64,000 nt of DNA from Heptranchias perlo (taxonomy: Eukaryota): positions 17,670,001-17,734,000 of the forward strand of contig NC_090352.1 in the NCBI RefSeq assembly GCF_035084215.1, read 5' to 3'. Each line of letters opens with the position of its first letter. Position 1 is the stretch's first letter. The notes beneath the pieces were generated by a model, which saw nothing but the letters and a program-made list of their open reading frames with translations, was not told the origin of the DNA and ran no database searches. Shown piece after piece: positions 52,351-64,000 of the stretch. The position numbers and the translations under genes were made by a program.

Positions 52351-54310
52351 GAGTTACCCTGCGTTCTGTGTAATTCTACATAAAAGAGCAAAGATCTGTT
52401 TTTGATGTTCCAGGTGTGTAACCCTTCATCAGAAATAAGGGTCAATAATGCCAAGAACCTGCCTTTTCTCTTTACAGATGCTGTCTGACCTGCTGTGGGA
52501 GCCAAAGATGTTAAAAGGAAACTCTAAATTTTCTGTAATTCAGGCCATATTGGACAACACCCTTTTGAATTACTTAATTTCATATGCTGGAGGATGGCGT
52601 AATTGGTAGGATATTTTTATTTGCAGACTATATAAAATTGAGAAGCACGTATCCTTTTGTGAGAAACAGAATGGAACACAGAAGCCACTATGTTCCTCAG
52701 CAGGTATGCAGCACTATATTTTTGTGCCTCCAAAGGTTATTGCACCTTGAAGTGTTGCCACTAGTAACAAATGATACAAATCAGTAATGTAATACATGTG
52801 GCCAGCGTTATGTTTATGAGTGATAACAGACAGAAAAATGCATTTTGCATTTTGGCACATACTGTTCCAAATGCTTAACACCTCCTCCAATATCAGCCAA
52901 ATCTCGAACAAGTATCAAGGCGCTATAGATGGTGAGGGTCTGGTCTTGGGCATGACTATAAAAAACAGTAGGAATTAATTTAGTTGTGATAGTTTTATTG
53001 TGCCTGACACCTAGTATTCTGGTCTGTTGGGAGGGTGGGGAGAAATGTGTCTGATTCCTAGTGGTTGAGTAAAGGGGAACAGGATGTCCCAGGTCCAAGC
53101 TACATGCATATAAATTTCCTGGTTAGTAAAAGTAATAATTCATTCACACACCAACTTCATTATTGAACTTTGGATTCAGAGGATTTCAATTTTAAAAGCT
53201 GCAGAATATGACCGTCAAATTCTTCTTCAAGTTGGAATAGGTGATATTGCTGGAGAGCAATAAACTTACGAAATGTGAAGTGGTGAAAGGATTTGGAAGA
53301 ATAAATAAGTAATTGGAACTGTCACAACAGTGTATTCCTCAAAGGAGATGAGTTTTTAAAAAAAAATAGGGCATGTAGCAAGAGTGGGAGTCAAAGATGG
53401 AAACTGTAAAATGCATTTGTTAGATCACACTTAAGGAACATGTGACATGATTAACCAGAACTCAAATAGTATTAGGATAAAATTAAGATGGGAAATGCCA
53501 AAAAATAAATCTATGACAATGGTCCAATCTGTTGGACTTGAGAGGAAAAATCTTCCGGCCCTCTCTGACCCATTCTTGCCCCCCACCCCCGACAGGTCCT
53601 ACCACCGGCCATCTCAGAGCAGGTCAGCCAATGTTCTGCGGCACCAAACCAGCAACCTGCAGCAGAATGCCCATTTGGCGCCCACAGCTCGCCAGTAAAA
53701 TTTAAATGAGGCCCGAACCTGAAAATGTTTTGGGCCTTTTGATTGTAGCCTTGGGTAGGCGCTGCCGGTTTTGGGCATGAACCGAAAATCTCCTCTCGTG
53801 TTCATTAACTGGAAGGAAGATCAAAAACTGAAGTATAGAATTAGAAACCAAGTCTATAATTTCTAAAAGATTAAATCTAACTTGCGCTGGACTCTTCCCA
53901 ATTTAGTGAACACCCCAAGTGTGCTGAACAACCACAAGAGAAAATGCCAAGGGCATTATACTTTTGCAGTACTATTATTTGCAACTTGGCGAGTGGCCTT
54001 TTAAAGAATTCAGCTGTAGCATGATTTATAAAGTTTATCTGATGTACCAGGGTTATTTTTCTGACAGGCATATTTACTTTTTTCCTCCCCTGATATTTTC
54101 TCACTTCCTCTTCTGAAGATGGTGCCTTACGGTGGGGTATGGTTCCATGTGCACTGTCTCATGTACCTCATCCAAGTAGATATTCTTCATCAATGAAGCT
54201 AGCCAGTGAGTGTTAGTCGGTTATTTGGCTGTGGGGATATCTCAACCAAGCTTATTCCAGTCCTCACTCAATGTCCATACATGATCAAGACTGGGGGAAA
54301 CTTGGCTGAT

Positions 54311-54533
54311 TCCCTCCCCCTCCCCCATCCCCTCTCCCTCAACTCTCCTCCACCTCCTCTCCCTCCCCTCTCCCTCTCTTCCCTCCCTCTCTCTCTCCCC
54401 CATCCTTCTCCCTCCCTCTCTCTCTCCCCCATCCTCCCCCCTCATCGCTCCCTGTCCCTCCCTTCCCCCGTTCTCCCCTCCCTCCCCGTTCCTCCCACTC
54501 CCCCCCATCCTTCCCCCTCTCCCCCCATCCCTC
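54311..54533. repeat. Polypyrimidine/polypurine low-complexity tract
   Basis: About 220 bp that is almost entirely C/T on the + strand, with many C3-C6 runs. Confidence 0.9.
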
Positions 54534-57190
54534 TGCATTCCGCAAACTGAGCCTGCCTTTCAGACAGATGCAGATTCCCAGTCAAGATGATTACTATTGA
54601 GAAGACATTAAACAACCATGATACCTCCCAACAGCTAAACATTGCAGTAATTAGTTACAACAAGTTCTCCTGGTGTCTGTAGATAACTGCATTTAAACCA
54701 AGATATTTATTGCGATAAGCTTTGCATAATACGTGTGGCACAGTACACCAGGATGTCCCAACCAGGTGATGATATTCAATATTTTTATACTAAACCTGTA
54801 AGGAGATAAATATGTTATTCAATATCTTTGGCCTTACATTTACACACCTCACATTTACAAGCTCCATTATTCCTTTTATTGATGATGGCCGCAGCACACT
54901 TTAAATATTGTGCGAAGATATTACTTTTCTTAGTTGATGCAGTGCAGTTCATCCATAACTGTAGTCATACCGAGCAGGCTGAGCGCCAGCTCCCATCACA
55001 TTCACTTCCGCAGCAGCAGTGCCACTGAATCCTTAATTTACCTTTCAGTTTCAGAGGGTTTTAATCAATCCTGATGAATTATTTTCCCCAACAAATTCCC
55101 AGTACATTCTAACAGTATGCACTAATTTCTGGCTTTTTTAGTGAATTTTATGCTCAAACTACAGGATGTTGATATTGAAGAATGGAACACTTTCCATTTT
55201 AGGCACCCAAGGTCAGCAGCAAGCCCTCCCAGATTAGACAGCAGTAAATGCACAGGGTAGCTCCCTCTTCCCTGCCCCTACATCGGCCCCAATCTCAGAA
55301 GAGAGACTCCCGACCGCACCAATGGGACAATTTCCTATTTCTCAGCCATCCTGTGGCCTTTCTGAGTAATATTGACAATTTAGGGCTAAATTAGGGGCAG
55401 TTTTGTGCCATGGGCCTGTGCCAATTAAGAGGTGGACTGAGACGACCCACACCAGTTTTACACTGCACCTTCACAATCAGCATACCCCCCACCTGCAAAC
55501 TAGGAAATCGGGGAGACTTTATTTATTATGTGTAACTCCATGAATATTCAAATAGCCTAACATTTTAATTTTTTAAGCTATTTTTTGTGCTTCTACTGAA
55601 TTTATTATATTATGATTTCCATAAATCAAAATATAAAATAAAGGAGTTTCAGTCTGATATGTGCTTAATTTGCTTTATTCACAGTTCCTAATCAGAGGAT
55701 TAACACTTTCTTGTATTTTGATGATACTTCAATAAGGTGTTAATCCTCTAGTGTAGAACTGTGGATGTTATGAGACTTTCAGTGTGAACATACCACATTC
55801 TTTACTCTTGAGTTAGCAGACATTAGCTTCTAAATAGGCTGTTTTGAATTAAAGATACTGCTCCAATGATACTATGTAAGAATTTGGTAAGAATACAAAA
55901 TCTATAGAAGTTAGTTCTTGAAATAAAAGAAAATGGAGTAGACCACAGAATGGATTGCTTCCAAATGTCTGCCTGTAACATTAAGTGATTCACTGGTGCT
56001 CTCCTTAGACAGAGCAATGTAATCTACAGGCACAACCAGCCACAGCAAGAATAGTTGACTCAACGCAAGTGATATACAACCATTTACAAAATTCATCCAT
56101 TTTAATTGTTTCTAAACCTACTACAATAATAGTTTAGAAGCAACACACAAGGCACAATTTCAACCCTGCCCACCTGGCAGAAACCGGAGGGGCGGACAGT
56201 TAAATTTGGCTGGGTGACTTACCCGCCAACATCCCGCACCGTTCCCACTGTTGTGAATTTTAACCCGCTCTTCTGAGCAGGCAACAAGGATGCCTGCCTG
56301 AAGCGGGCATGGTCTGTCTTTAAATAGCGGGGTCTGAGAATATCATCGGGCCCCAACTGCAGTTCTAACTGGTGCCCTAAACAGGGAAGCCACTGTGGCT
56401 TTCCTACCAGGTGAAGATAGCAGGAAAAGAATCCAGGGCCTATTTTAATGGACCAATAGGGATGGCACTGAGTTGCCACAATGTCTGCTGACAGGAATCA
56501 GCACTACAATGACATTAACTGGAAATGAATATTAGCATATCAGCCTGGCAATAAACATTACTTTGAAGATGGTCCAATTTGTTGGTCGGCTTAAAAACGG
56601 CGACTAACAGTCAGTTCCAGATGCAACTTTTACAATTTTGTCACTTGGAAGATTCTGGCAGAGGATACAGAAAAATCGTTACCAAATCTTAAATAAAATC
56701 AGAAAAAGTACAGCAGATCAATTAACTTCTAAGCAAGAAGCGAGGTTAATATTTCAGATGTGACCTTTCACTAAACTGACACAGTCAGGTCAGAGAAGCA
56801 CCTTTGCGAGAGCCAGGAAAGCAGGTGGCGATCAGGAGCTCAGATGTGCTCACGGCTTTCACTAGAGGCAGCTAATGGGTATAATGGCCAGTGAACAGAT
56901 TTAAAAATGCTAGAAAGAGGTGTGAAGGGATGCATGCTGTAGAAATGTTGGGCATGGTTTTAGTCTGGTGGCGGGAACTCAGCGGATGGATAAATAGTCG
57001 TGTGGGAAACCCAGAAATAATTTTAGTGCGTTGGATTGAAGGATCGCAACTCAATTGAAGGCACTTAACTTTATTTCCGGGTCTTGTGTCTCCACTGCGT
57101 ACTGCGCAACCACACGACGTGATATGAACTTGACTATTTAAAGGGCCAATAAAAAATTGGATTTTGAAGGAAAAAGGAGCAAAAAGATAA

Positions 57191-58954
57191 ATGGAAGGGC
57201 ACAGAGCAAAGGCAGCACCCAGGTTCACTGACGCATCCCTTGAGGTTCTACTGACTGGTGTGCGAAGCAGGAAGGAGGTGCTGTACCTAACTGATAGGAG
57301 GAAGAGACCTACTTCTGCCACCAAGAAGGCATGGCTGGAGATGGCAGAGGAGGTGAGCAGCAGGAGCACGGTGCCCAGGTCTTGGCTGCAGTGCAGGAAG
57401 TGTTTTAATGACCTAATCAGGTGAGGAAAAGTGAGCACATTTCTGATTCACCCACGTCCTGTGTTGTTCAACACCACCCCTCCCCCCGCCATGCTGTGTT
57501 GGCACACTTACTCCATCACATTACTCCTCAGACCCATTTAAGTTTCAGCAACACCCATCCTTCACTTTCTATTCACTTCCTCAACTGCCCATTTGTTCAC
57601 CCACCTCTGCCACTCACCCCAATACTGATGCAAGGTGATGTATCTGTCTGATAGTCACCCTCTGATGCATCTCTTTTACGGTCAGCCTGACCCAAATCAA
57701 TTAATTCATAGGCTGAATACCTCACCTTCAGTTACTCACGGGTCTGTTGTTTGTCCCCTTGTAGAAGAGAGCGCAAAATGCAAAGGAGAGGACCAGAACT
57801 GGAGGTGGTCCACCACATATAGTGGAGCTGACAGATGCGGAGGAGGCGGCAATGGAAATCAGTCGGACCGTTGCTTGCTTATCCATCAGAGATGGAGAGA
57901 CTGGTAACCCGCAGATGGCTGGTGACAGAACTTTAACACCTTTCACATACATGATTAATTGCTTTTATCAACAATTGAACCGTTCCAGACCTCAGTATAG
58001 TCATTGGAAAGATTGTCACTTTTCCGATAAATAATTAATATTGGCTTCAGTTGTCTTCCAGGGCCTTCACGCCTTCAACAACAATCAGACAAAATGGAAG
58101 AAGGCGGTTCCTCAGAGGAGCTTCCTTCTGAGGGTGCACTGTCACAGGACATACAGCCATGCACCAGCGCTGATACTCACACTTCGGTGGGTCATGTTAG
58201 CCAGTTAGTTGGGTTGTCACCTGGTGATTCACCACTCACAAGTGAGCACAAGCAGACACTGGTGGCTGAGGCAGCTGTGGAGAGTCCACGTCGGTGGGCG
58301 CACTCCTCTCCAAGCTCTGCTCAGCTGGACACAGATGCTGAACCCCGGGGGCCATTGTTGAGAAAGAGAATGTTTGAGGTACAGCTGCACCCTTGCGAGG
58401 TACTGGAAATCATGCCAGGCACACCCTCCATGATAGTGGAGAGGATGGAGGAGTCCAACTTCATCGCTAGTGGACTGGTGGCGCAGGGAAGCATGGGAAT
58501 ATCTGCGATGGAGAGAATGGTAGCCTCCATTGAGCTTCAAGCATGGCTCTCAAATAAGTCCATGCAGGCCATGGCAACAGCCTTAAACAGGCAGACAGAT
58601 ACTTTAGCTGTGGCCTTACAATGCAACACATCTGCTCACCAACCTGATGGCCAGCAGAGTGGTGGGAGTGATGTTGTACTGGCCTGGGAGAGGGATGATG
58701 GTGAAAGGGGACATGGAAGTGGGGACTCCATTCAAAAAGCTCCCATGTCTCACCCATTGCACCCCCCACAACCAGTACACGCAATGCTGCCTCCTCTCCA
58801 GATGGCCGAGTCTGCCCCTCACTGGCTCCAAAACCCAGAGGTCATTGGCCGAGAGCATCTAAGTAGTCAGGGCATGAATCTGAGCAACCTGCAACTACCT
58901 CTGCTGAAGCCACAGAGGATGCACCACGTAGAAGCGGAAGGAAGAGAACGCTAA
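57191..58954 (+). pseudogene. Harbinger Myb/SANT-like DNA-binding protein gene, three exons (57191-57430, 57765-57921, 58062-~58954)
   Basis: KAAPRFTDASLEVLL..KKAWLEMAEEVSS..RSWLQCRKCFNDLIR. GT-AG introns join the exons in frame (phase 0, then phase 1) into ORF 58094-58954; one TGA at 57422-57424. Confidence 0.85.
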
Positions 58955-59991
58955 GCAATTGTGATTCACCAAGGGTATGCACAAGGGTATTTGACAAAAT
59001 GTTATGTTGTTAATTTATATATTTTTTTTGGTTATATCACCATAATATTTATCACCACCACTGCCATGTCTTGGCCATTTTGTGATTTCGTCCTTTCATG
59101 TGCTTCATCATGAATGCCAAGACAATATGCCACCCATCGGGCAGATGTGCAATATATGTATATGTGATTGAAGGACTCTTTTGTACAAACGGAGTGGGGG
59201 GGTGGTAGTGGTTGTTCCAAGTGGCCTGAGTGTTTCAAAGTCTTCAATTTGCAGATCTTATTATGAGAACCTGTTAGAGATGAGTGACTCCCTGGCATCA
59301 CAGGCAGCCATGTGTACCGCTGCTCTGCTGATGGGTTGCCCACCATCATCCTCCTCCTCCTCATCGTCTTCTTCAATGTTCCCGCAGATGCGGATGCTTC
59401 ATGAGCGCATTCGAGCTTCCTCCACCTGTAACCCTCTCTGCTGAGCGATGTTGTGAAGGACGCAACACACCACTATTATCCTGCACACCCTCGCTGGTGA
59501 GTACTGAAGGGCACCCCCAGATCGATCCAGGCACCTGAAGCACATCTTCAACATTCCTATGGCTTGTTCAATGACAGACCTGGTGGTGATGTGACTGTCG
59601 TTGTACCGTTGCTGTGCCTCATTGGTGGGGTTTCTTACAGGTGTCATGAGCCATGTTTCAAGGGGTATCCTGTGTCTCCAAAGGGCCAGCCCTTAAGTCT
59701 ATCTTCTGTGTGGAAGAGAGCCAGGATGTTGGACTCGCACAAAATGAATGAATCATGACAGCTGCCAGGGAATCTGGCACAAACCTGCAGAAATCTCTTC
59801 TGGTGGTCACACACCAGCTGTGCATTGATGGAGTGATGTCCCTTTCAGTTTATGAACAGTCCTGGTTCATGTGGAGGTCCTCGGTCTGCCACATGTATGC
59901 AATCGATTGTTCCCTGCACCTGTGGGATGCCAGCCAGAGAGTTAAAACCCAATGTCCTCTCGGTCTGGCTGATGTTGTAGCGGGGGAAGAA

Positions 59992-60584
59992 AACATAGAA
60001 ACATAGAAAAAGGAGCAGAAATAGGCCATTCGGCCCTTCGAGCCTGCTCTGCCATTCAATATGATCATTGCTGATCCTCTATCTCAATATCATATTCCCG
60101 CTCTCTCCCCAGACCCCTTGATGCCTTTTGTGTCTAGTAATCTATCTAGCTCCTTCTTAAATATATTCAGTGACTTGGCCTCCACAGCCTTCTGTGGTAG
60201 AGAATTCCACAGGTTCACCACCCTCTGAATGAAGAAATTTCTCCTCATCTCAGTCCTAAATGTCCTACCCCGTATCCTGAGACTGTGACCCCTCGTTCTG
60301 GACCCCCAGCCAGGGGAAACATCCTCCCTGCATCCAGTCTGTCTTGCCCTGTCAGAATTTTATATGTTTCAATGAGATCCCTTCTCATTCTTCTAAACTC
60401 GAGTGAATACAAGCCTTGTCGACCCAATCTCTCCTCATACGACAGTCCTGCCATCCCAGGAATCAGTCTGGTGAACCTACGCTGCACTCCCTCTAAGGCA
60501 AGTATATCCTTTCTTAGGTAAGGAGGCCAAAACTGCACACACTACTCCAGGTGTGGTCTCACCAAGGCCCTGTATAACTGAGGT
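59992..60584 (-). mobile_element. CR1 3' fragment nested in the Harbinger transposase
   Basis: QFWPPYLRKDILALEGVQRRFTRLIPG; flanked by a 5-bp direct repeat aagaa (59987-59991 and 60585-60589). Confidence 0.92.
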
Positions 60585-60777
60585 AAGAAGTAGACATAAT
60601 CGGATGTCCTGGCAAACAAGCCAAATTCCTGTCGTATTCACTTATATGCAGATGACTGAGGCACCCTGGAGATGTCACCGGTGGCGCCCTGGAAAGATCC
60701 AAAGGCGAAGCAATAGAGGGCAGTGGTGACTTTTACTGCGATGGATAATGCGTGACCACCAGGTCCAGCCGGGAGCA

Positions 60778-60977
60778 TCAGAACATAAGAACATAAGAAA
60801 TAGGAGCAGGAGTAGGCCAATCGGCCCCTCGAGCCTGCTCCGCCATTCAATAAGATCATGGCTGATCTGATCCTAACTCAAATCTAAATTCATGTCCAAT
60901 TTCCTGCCCGCTCCCCGTAACCCCTAATTCCCTTTACTTCTAGGAAACTGTCTATTTCTGTTTTAAATTTATTTAAT
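60778..60977 (-). mobile_element. CR1 3' UTR fragment nested in the Harbinger transposase
   Basis: gaacataagaacataagaaataggagcagg tail; flanked by a 5-bp direct repeat gagca (60773-60777 and 60978-60982). Confidence 0.9.
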
Positions 60978-63309
60978 GAGCAGCTCTTCATGAAGGAGCG
61001 TGAAGATGTCTGCGACCACCTGTCGACTCAATCTCAGCCTGTATAGGCACTGCTCCTCAGAGAGAAGGAGGGAAGCTCAGCCTCTTCCTGCGACCTCGGC
61101 CCCTCAGTTGGTCTCCTCTCTGCTCTTCTCCAGGTCTTTGTTGGGCACCTCTGTCTTGTACACCTGCAGGTCCCAGAACTGCACAACATGCCTGCCGTGG
61201 ATGGTGATGTGTCTCCTCCTCCGACGTACTGTGGAATAAATCCATTGCGCCCCTCCCCCCCCACCCCCATCCTGATCTTGTCAGTTTGAGGGGCTCCAAA
61301 ATGTAGGTAAATTTGTCTGAACACAAGAATTCTCAGTCTCAACAAAGAAATCTCAGTCTGAACACAAAGAACTCCTTGCCAAAGGTTTATCTGTGAGAAC
61401 TGAGTGGCCAGCTGCAATACCTCACCTTTTATTGAGTTGTGTCAATCACTGGTTTAAAGGGCCAAATAAGCTTAGGCTGCAACTCGCCTCCATTTCTATG
61501 GCATGTTTCAGAAGCCATTGGAGATACATTGAGGAGAAGTTAAATCTGTTTCTGTTGCAGAATCCACAAAAAGTTAAGTAGCTAAAGTGTTTCAACTACC
61601 TGAATTGGCCCTTTAATTATCAGCCCGCCGATTTTAAGTGGCGGCAGGATTTCCGGGTGTCTGCTGCATGCACATCTAAATGCGCCTGGGTTAAACCCAG
61701 AAGTGGGCGCATTGGAGCTGGGATGCAGTCCCGCTTCAAAAATTAACTATTTTTACTGCCCATGCGCCCCCAACCCACCCGTTCTTGGGAGTTAAAATTA
61801 CCCTCATTGCCACAGTCATGCATTTGAAAGGCAAAGGATGAGTCAGACCCAGCTCCAAAATGGTGTACAGTTCCAATATTTTCTACTTTTATTTGACTTC
61901 CATCATTTGCATTTTTCTTTTTATCATTACCAAATCTCAGTTTTATATCCATACATAATATGTAATAATACAGCTGTTCTGTAATGTACAAGATATTTTT
62001 AATGAAATTTTTGCCATTTGTGACCTATTGAATGTTAAATGCTGTGTGGAATTAATTTCAATCATTTGTGGGGAGGAATGGCATCAGAGGTTACTTTAAT
62101 CTCCTTATTCGTAAAGGATGTGAAATTTGACCAATAAAGTATGATAACTGTTACATAATAACAGTGGCTAATTCTTAATTTGTGCATATAATCTCGGCAG
62201 ATAGATAATGGGAAAGGAATAGATTCTTCATTCAATAAGAAAGGGATATAATAAGCTTTCCTTGAACATCTCCTGAAACATTGTGAGTGATGTTTGACAT
62301 TTCCAATACTGCACATCAACAAGAATCACTTCACTGTATCAGCATCTTCAGCTGTCACATTTTCTCCAGGGCATTATAAAAATCATTCTGAGCCAAAAAA
62401 TAATTTAGTTTATTACAAAAGCAATGGGCTTTTTGTCAAGAAGTATACTTGTAAGCTTGTATCTGGATATAGATTTATTTTTAACGATATTATTATGAAG
62501 CAGGGCAGAAAAATGACACTATATATTTAGAAACAAAATGAATGGATGAGTTTAAAAAATAAATGATCTTTCGGTGAATGCACTGAATATTTAACGTTAC
62601 TAATGCTTCATTCCTTTTAATAACTTGGAAAGTACAGAGTCCTTAGTTATTCCTTAAGTCTCCAAATAGCTTGGATGTTTTATCCGTCAAAGGAAGGGCA
62701 AGATAAGGATGGAAGTCTTACCTTCATTTTTTTTTTCCTTTTGGTGTTGGCGACAATAGAGCAGTCGGCCATGGTGCAGTGCTGGATGGTGTCTGATTGT
62801 CCTTACTAACTGGCAATGTAATCATGCTCACAGCTCAAAACTTTACAAACCCATTTCCTGAACTGATACACCCCATCGATCATCGCAGCAACCGTTGCAA
62901 TTTACATTTGTTGTAATGTTGCTAAAGGAATGGATACTGATGTCATGTGAAGCCTGTGTGAAAATTAGGTAATTAAAAAGTAGCTTGAATTACTTCTGAA
63001 ATGATACTTCAGTTTAAAGCTGAATAAATTGAATTGTTTTACAAAGTGATAATTTAATTTTAAGTAATGTTAAAGCATAATAGTCCTCTTTATAACTCTC
63101 TCTATTTATAGTCCACTTAATATAAAGATGTAAAAATGTTCTGTGTAATAGATTTTCATCATCACCACCTGGGCAGTAAACTGGCACAGTGGATTGTCCG
63201 CCCAATACTGAATCGCTCCAATTTTCATTCCATTAGTCCCACTACAGAGCTCAGTGATGTCGACATATGAAAACTTCAAATACTTTTTTCAGTTCCCTCG
63301 TGAGTCTTT

Positions 63310-63545
63310 CCATTTCTGAGTCAGTAGGTTGTTGGTTCAAATCCCACTCCATGTATTCGATCACATAACCTAGGCTCACACTTCAGTTCAGTATTGTGGG
63401 AGGGGGCAAGAGGACTGTCTTACAGGGGTGATGTTAAACCAAAGACCTGACCGCCTGGCCCACAAAAACAACAAACTTCAAAAAGTAATTAACTGTGAAG
63501 CATTTTTAGACATCTTAAGGATGCACTATCCTAATGCAATTCTTT
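63310..63545 (+). mobile_element. Degenerate tRNA-derived SINE (SacSINE1-like)
   Basis: tctgagtcag..ggttcaaatcccactcca B box; degenerate tail gtgaagcattt..gacatc..aatgcaattctttc. Confidence 0.6.
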
Positions 63546-64000
63546 CTCCTTCGGCTTCTGATCAATATGATGTTATCCTCCAGTGATGAAATCCAAGTTG
63601 TACCAAGAATTGTTAGAATTCTACATTGTTAAATGGTAGGCTATTATAAGAGCTACCATCTTCCAGAATGCCTTGTTTACAACACATAGGTCCGTACATA
63701 ATCAGACATCACCAGGATCTCTAGGATTTGGCCGCCAGCATCTTTAATTGGATCCTTTTCCACTAGTTTGTTTAGCCTGTTCTCAATTTTGATTCTGAGT
63801 GGGAATTGAGATTTCCTATTTCATTATGCGATAAGCTGCATGGATTCATCGATGTGAAACTTCACCTCAGTGTCTTCAGGTGCTTTGAAGACACAATAGC
63901 TAGGAATTACTGCCCTCCCTCCACCTACGTTTCAAGGCGTCTGAGGCAGGCAGGGTTGGGAAATGGGTCGGTGACAGGCTACGCCAGATCCCCACCCATT

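Larger units (their letters stand above)
59350..61245 (-). pseudogene. Harbinger (HARBI1-like) DDE transposase, interrupted by two CR1 insertions
   Basis: SEEQCLYRLRLSRQVVADIF..ELL|PAGPGGHALSIAVKVTTAL..GSFQ..|..QGTIDCIHV..KGHHSINAQLVCD..RFPGSCHDSFIL..GDTGYP..TRSVIEQAIGMLK..CCVLHN. Catalytic D, D and E are visible; stops and frameshifts present. Confidence 0.92.
56950..61805. mobile_element. PIF/Harbinger DNA transposon, two-gene autonomous architecture, now defective
   Basis: Convergent Myb/SANT gene (+) and HARBI1-like DDE transposase (-). Candidate ends gggcatggtttta (56950) and taaaattaccctc (61805) are imperfect, so the boundaries are approximate. Confidence 0.88.

Noticed and set aside
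51723-52373. 216-aa + strand ORF
   Set aside because: Antisense shadow of CR1 ORF1, with no recognisable domain.
52400-52440. Hammerhead-like motif on the minus strand (CTGATGAAGGGT..ACCTGGAACATC)
   Set aside because: The GAAA core is mutated to GGAA and stem III is not palindromic; a decayed PLE terminus. A similar decayed copy lies near 56740-56780.
54206-54642. Pro-rich and Gly/Glu/Arg-rich ORFs
   Set aside because: Low-complexity purine/pyrimidine tract.
59350-61245. Host HARBI1 gene
   Set aside because: Stops, frameshifts, nested LINEs and a convergent Myb partner indicate a transposon copy, not the domesticated gene.

Overview
Vertebrate genomic DNA; the repeat families suggest a cartilaginous fish (shark), which is inference. 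The window lies inside a large minus-strand gene whose two visible exons translate as GALNT17 (WBSCR17): exon 2 at 38469-38286 (184 bp) and exon 3 at 5313-5147 (167 bp), which splice in frame across a ~33 kb intron. The rest is intron, densely filled with transposable elements: many CR1 LINEs (one near full length, with a zinc-finger/SGNH-esterase ORF1 and an EN-RT ORF2), a second RT-LINE family, L2-like 3' ends, tRNA-derived SINEs, Penelope-like (PLE) relics and many PIF/Harbinger derivatives. Highlights: (1) a young 222-bp PLE-type fold-back insertion at 13390-13611 with a perfect 12-bp target-site duplication and an intact minimal type-I hammerhead ribozyme motif; (2) a ~4.9 kb two-gene Harbinger at 56950-61805 with a three-exon Myb/SANT gene that is almost open and a convergent transposase broken by two nested CR1 insertions; (3) all recognised Harbinger gene relics share one orientation, including three Myb/SANT relics in 3 kb; (4) a Harbinger-type MITE carrying a G-rich minisatellite; (5) several long intronic hairpins. 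Repeat boundaries are read by eye and are approximate unless a TSD or TIR is quoted. No prokaryotic features or CRISPR arrays.
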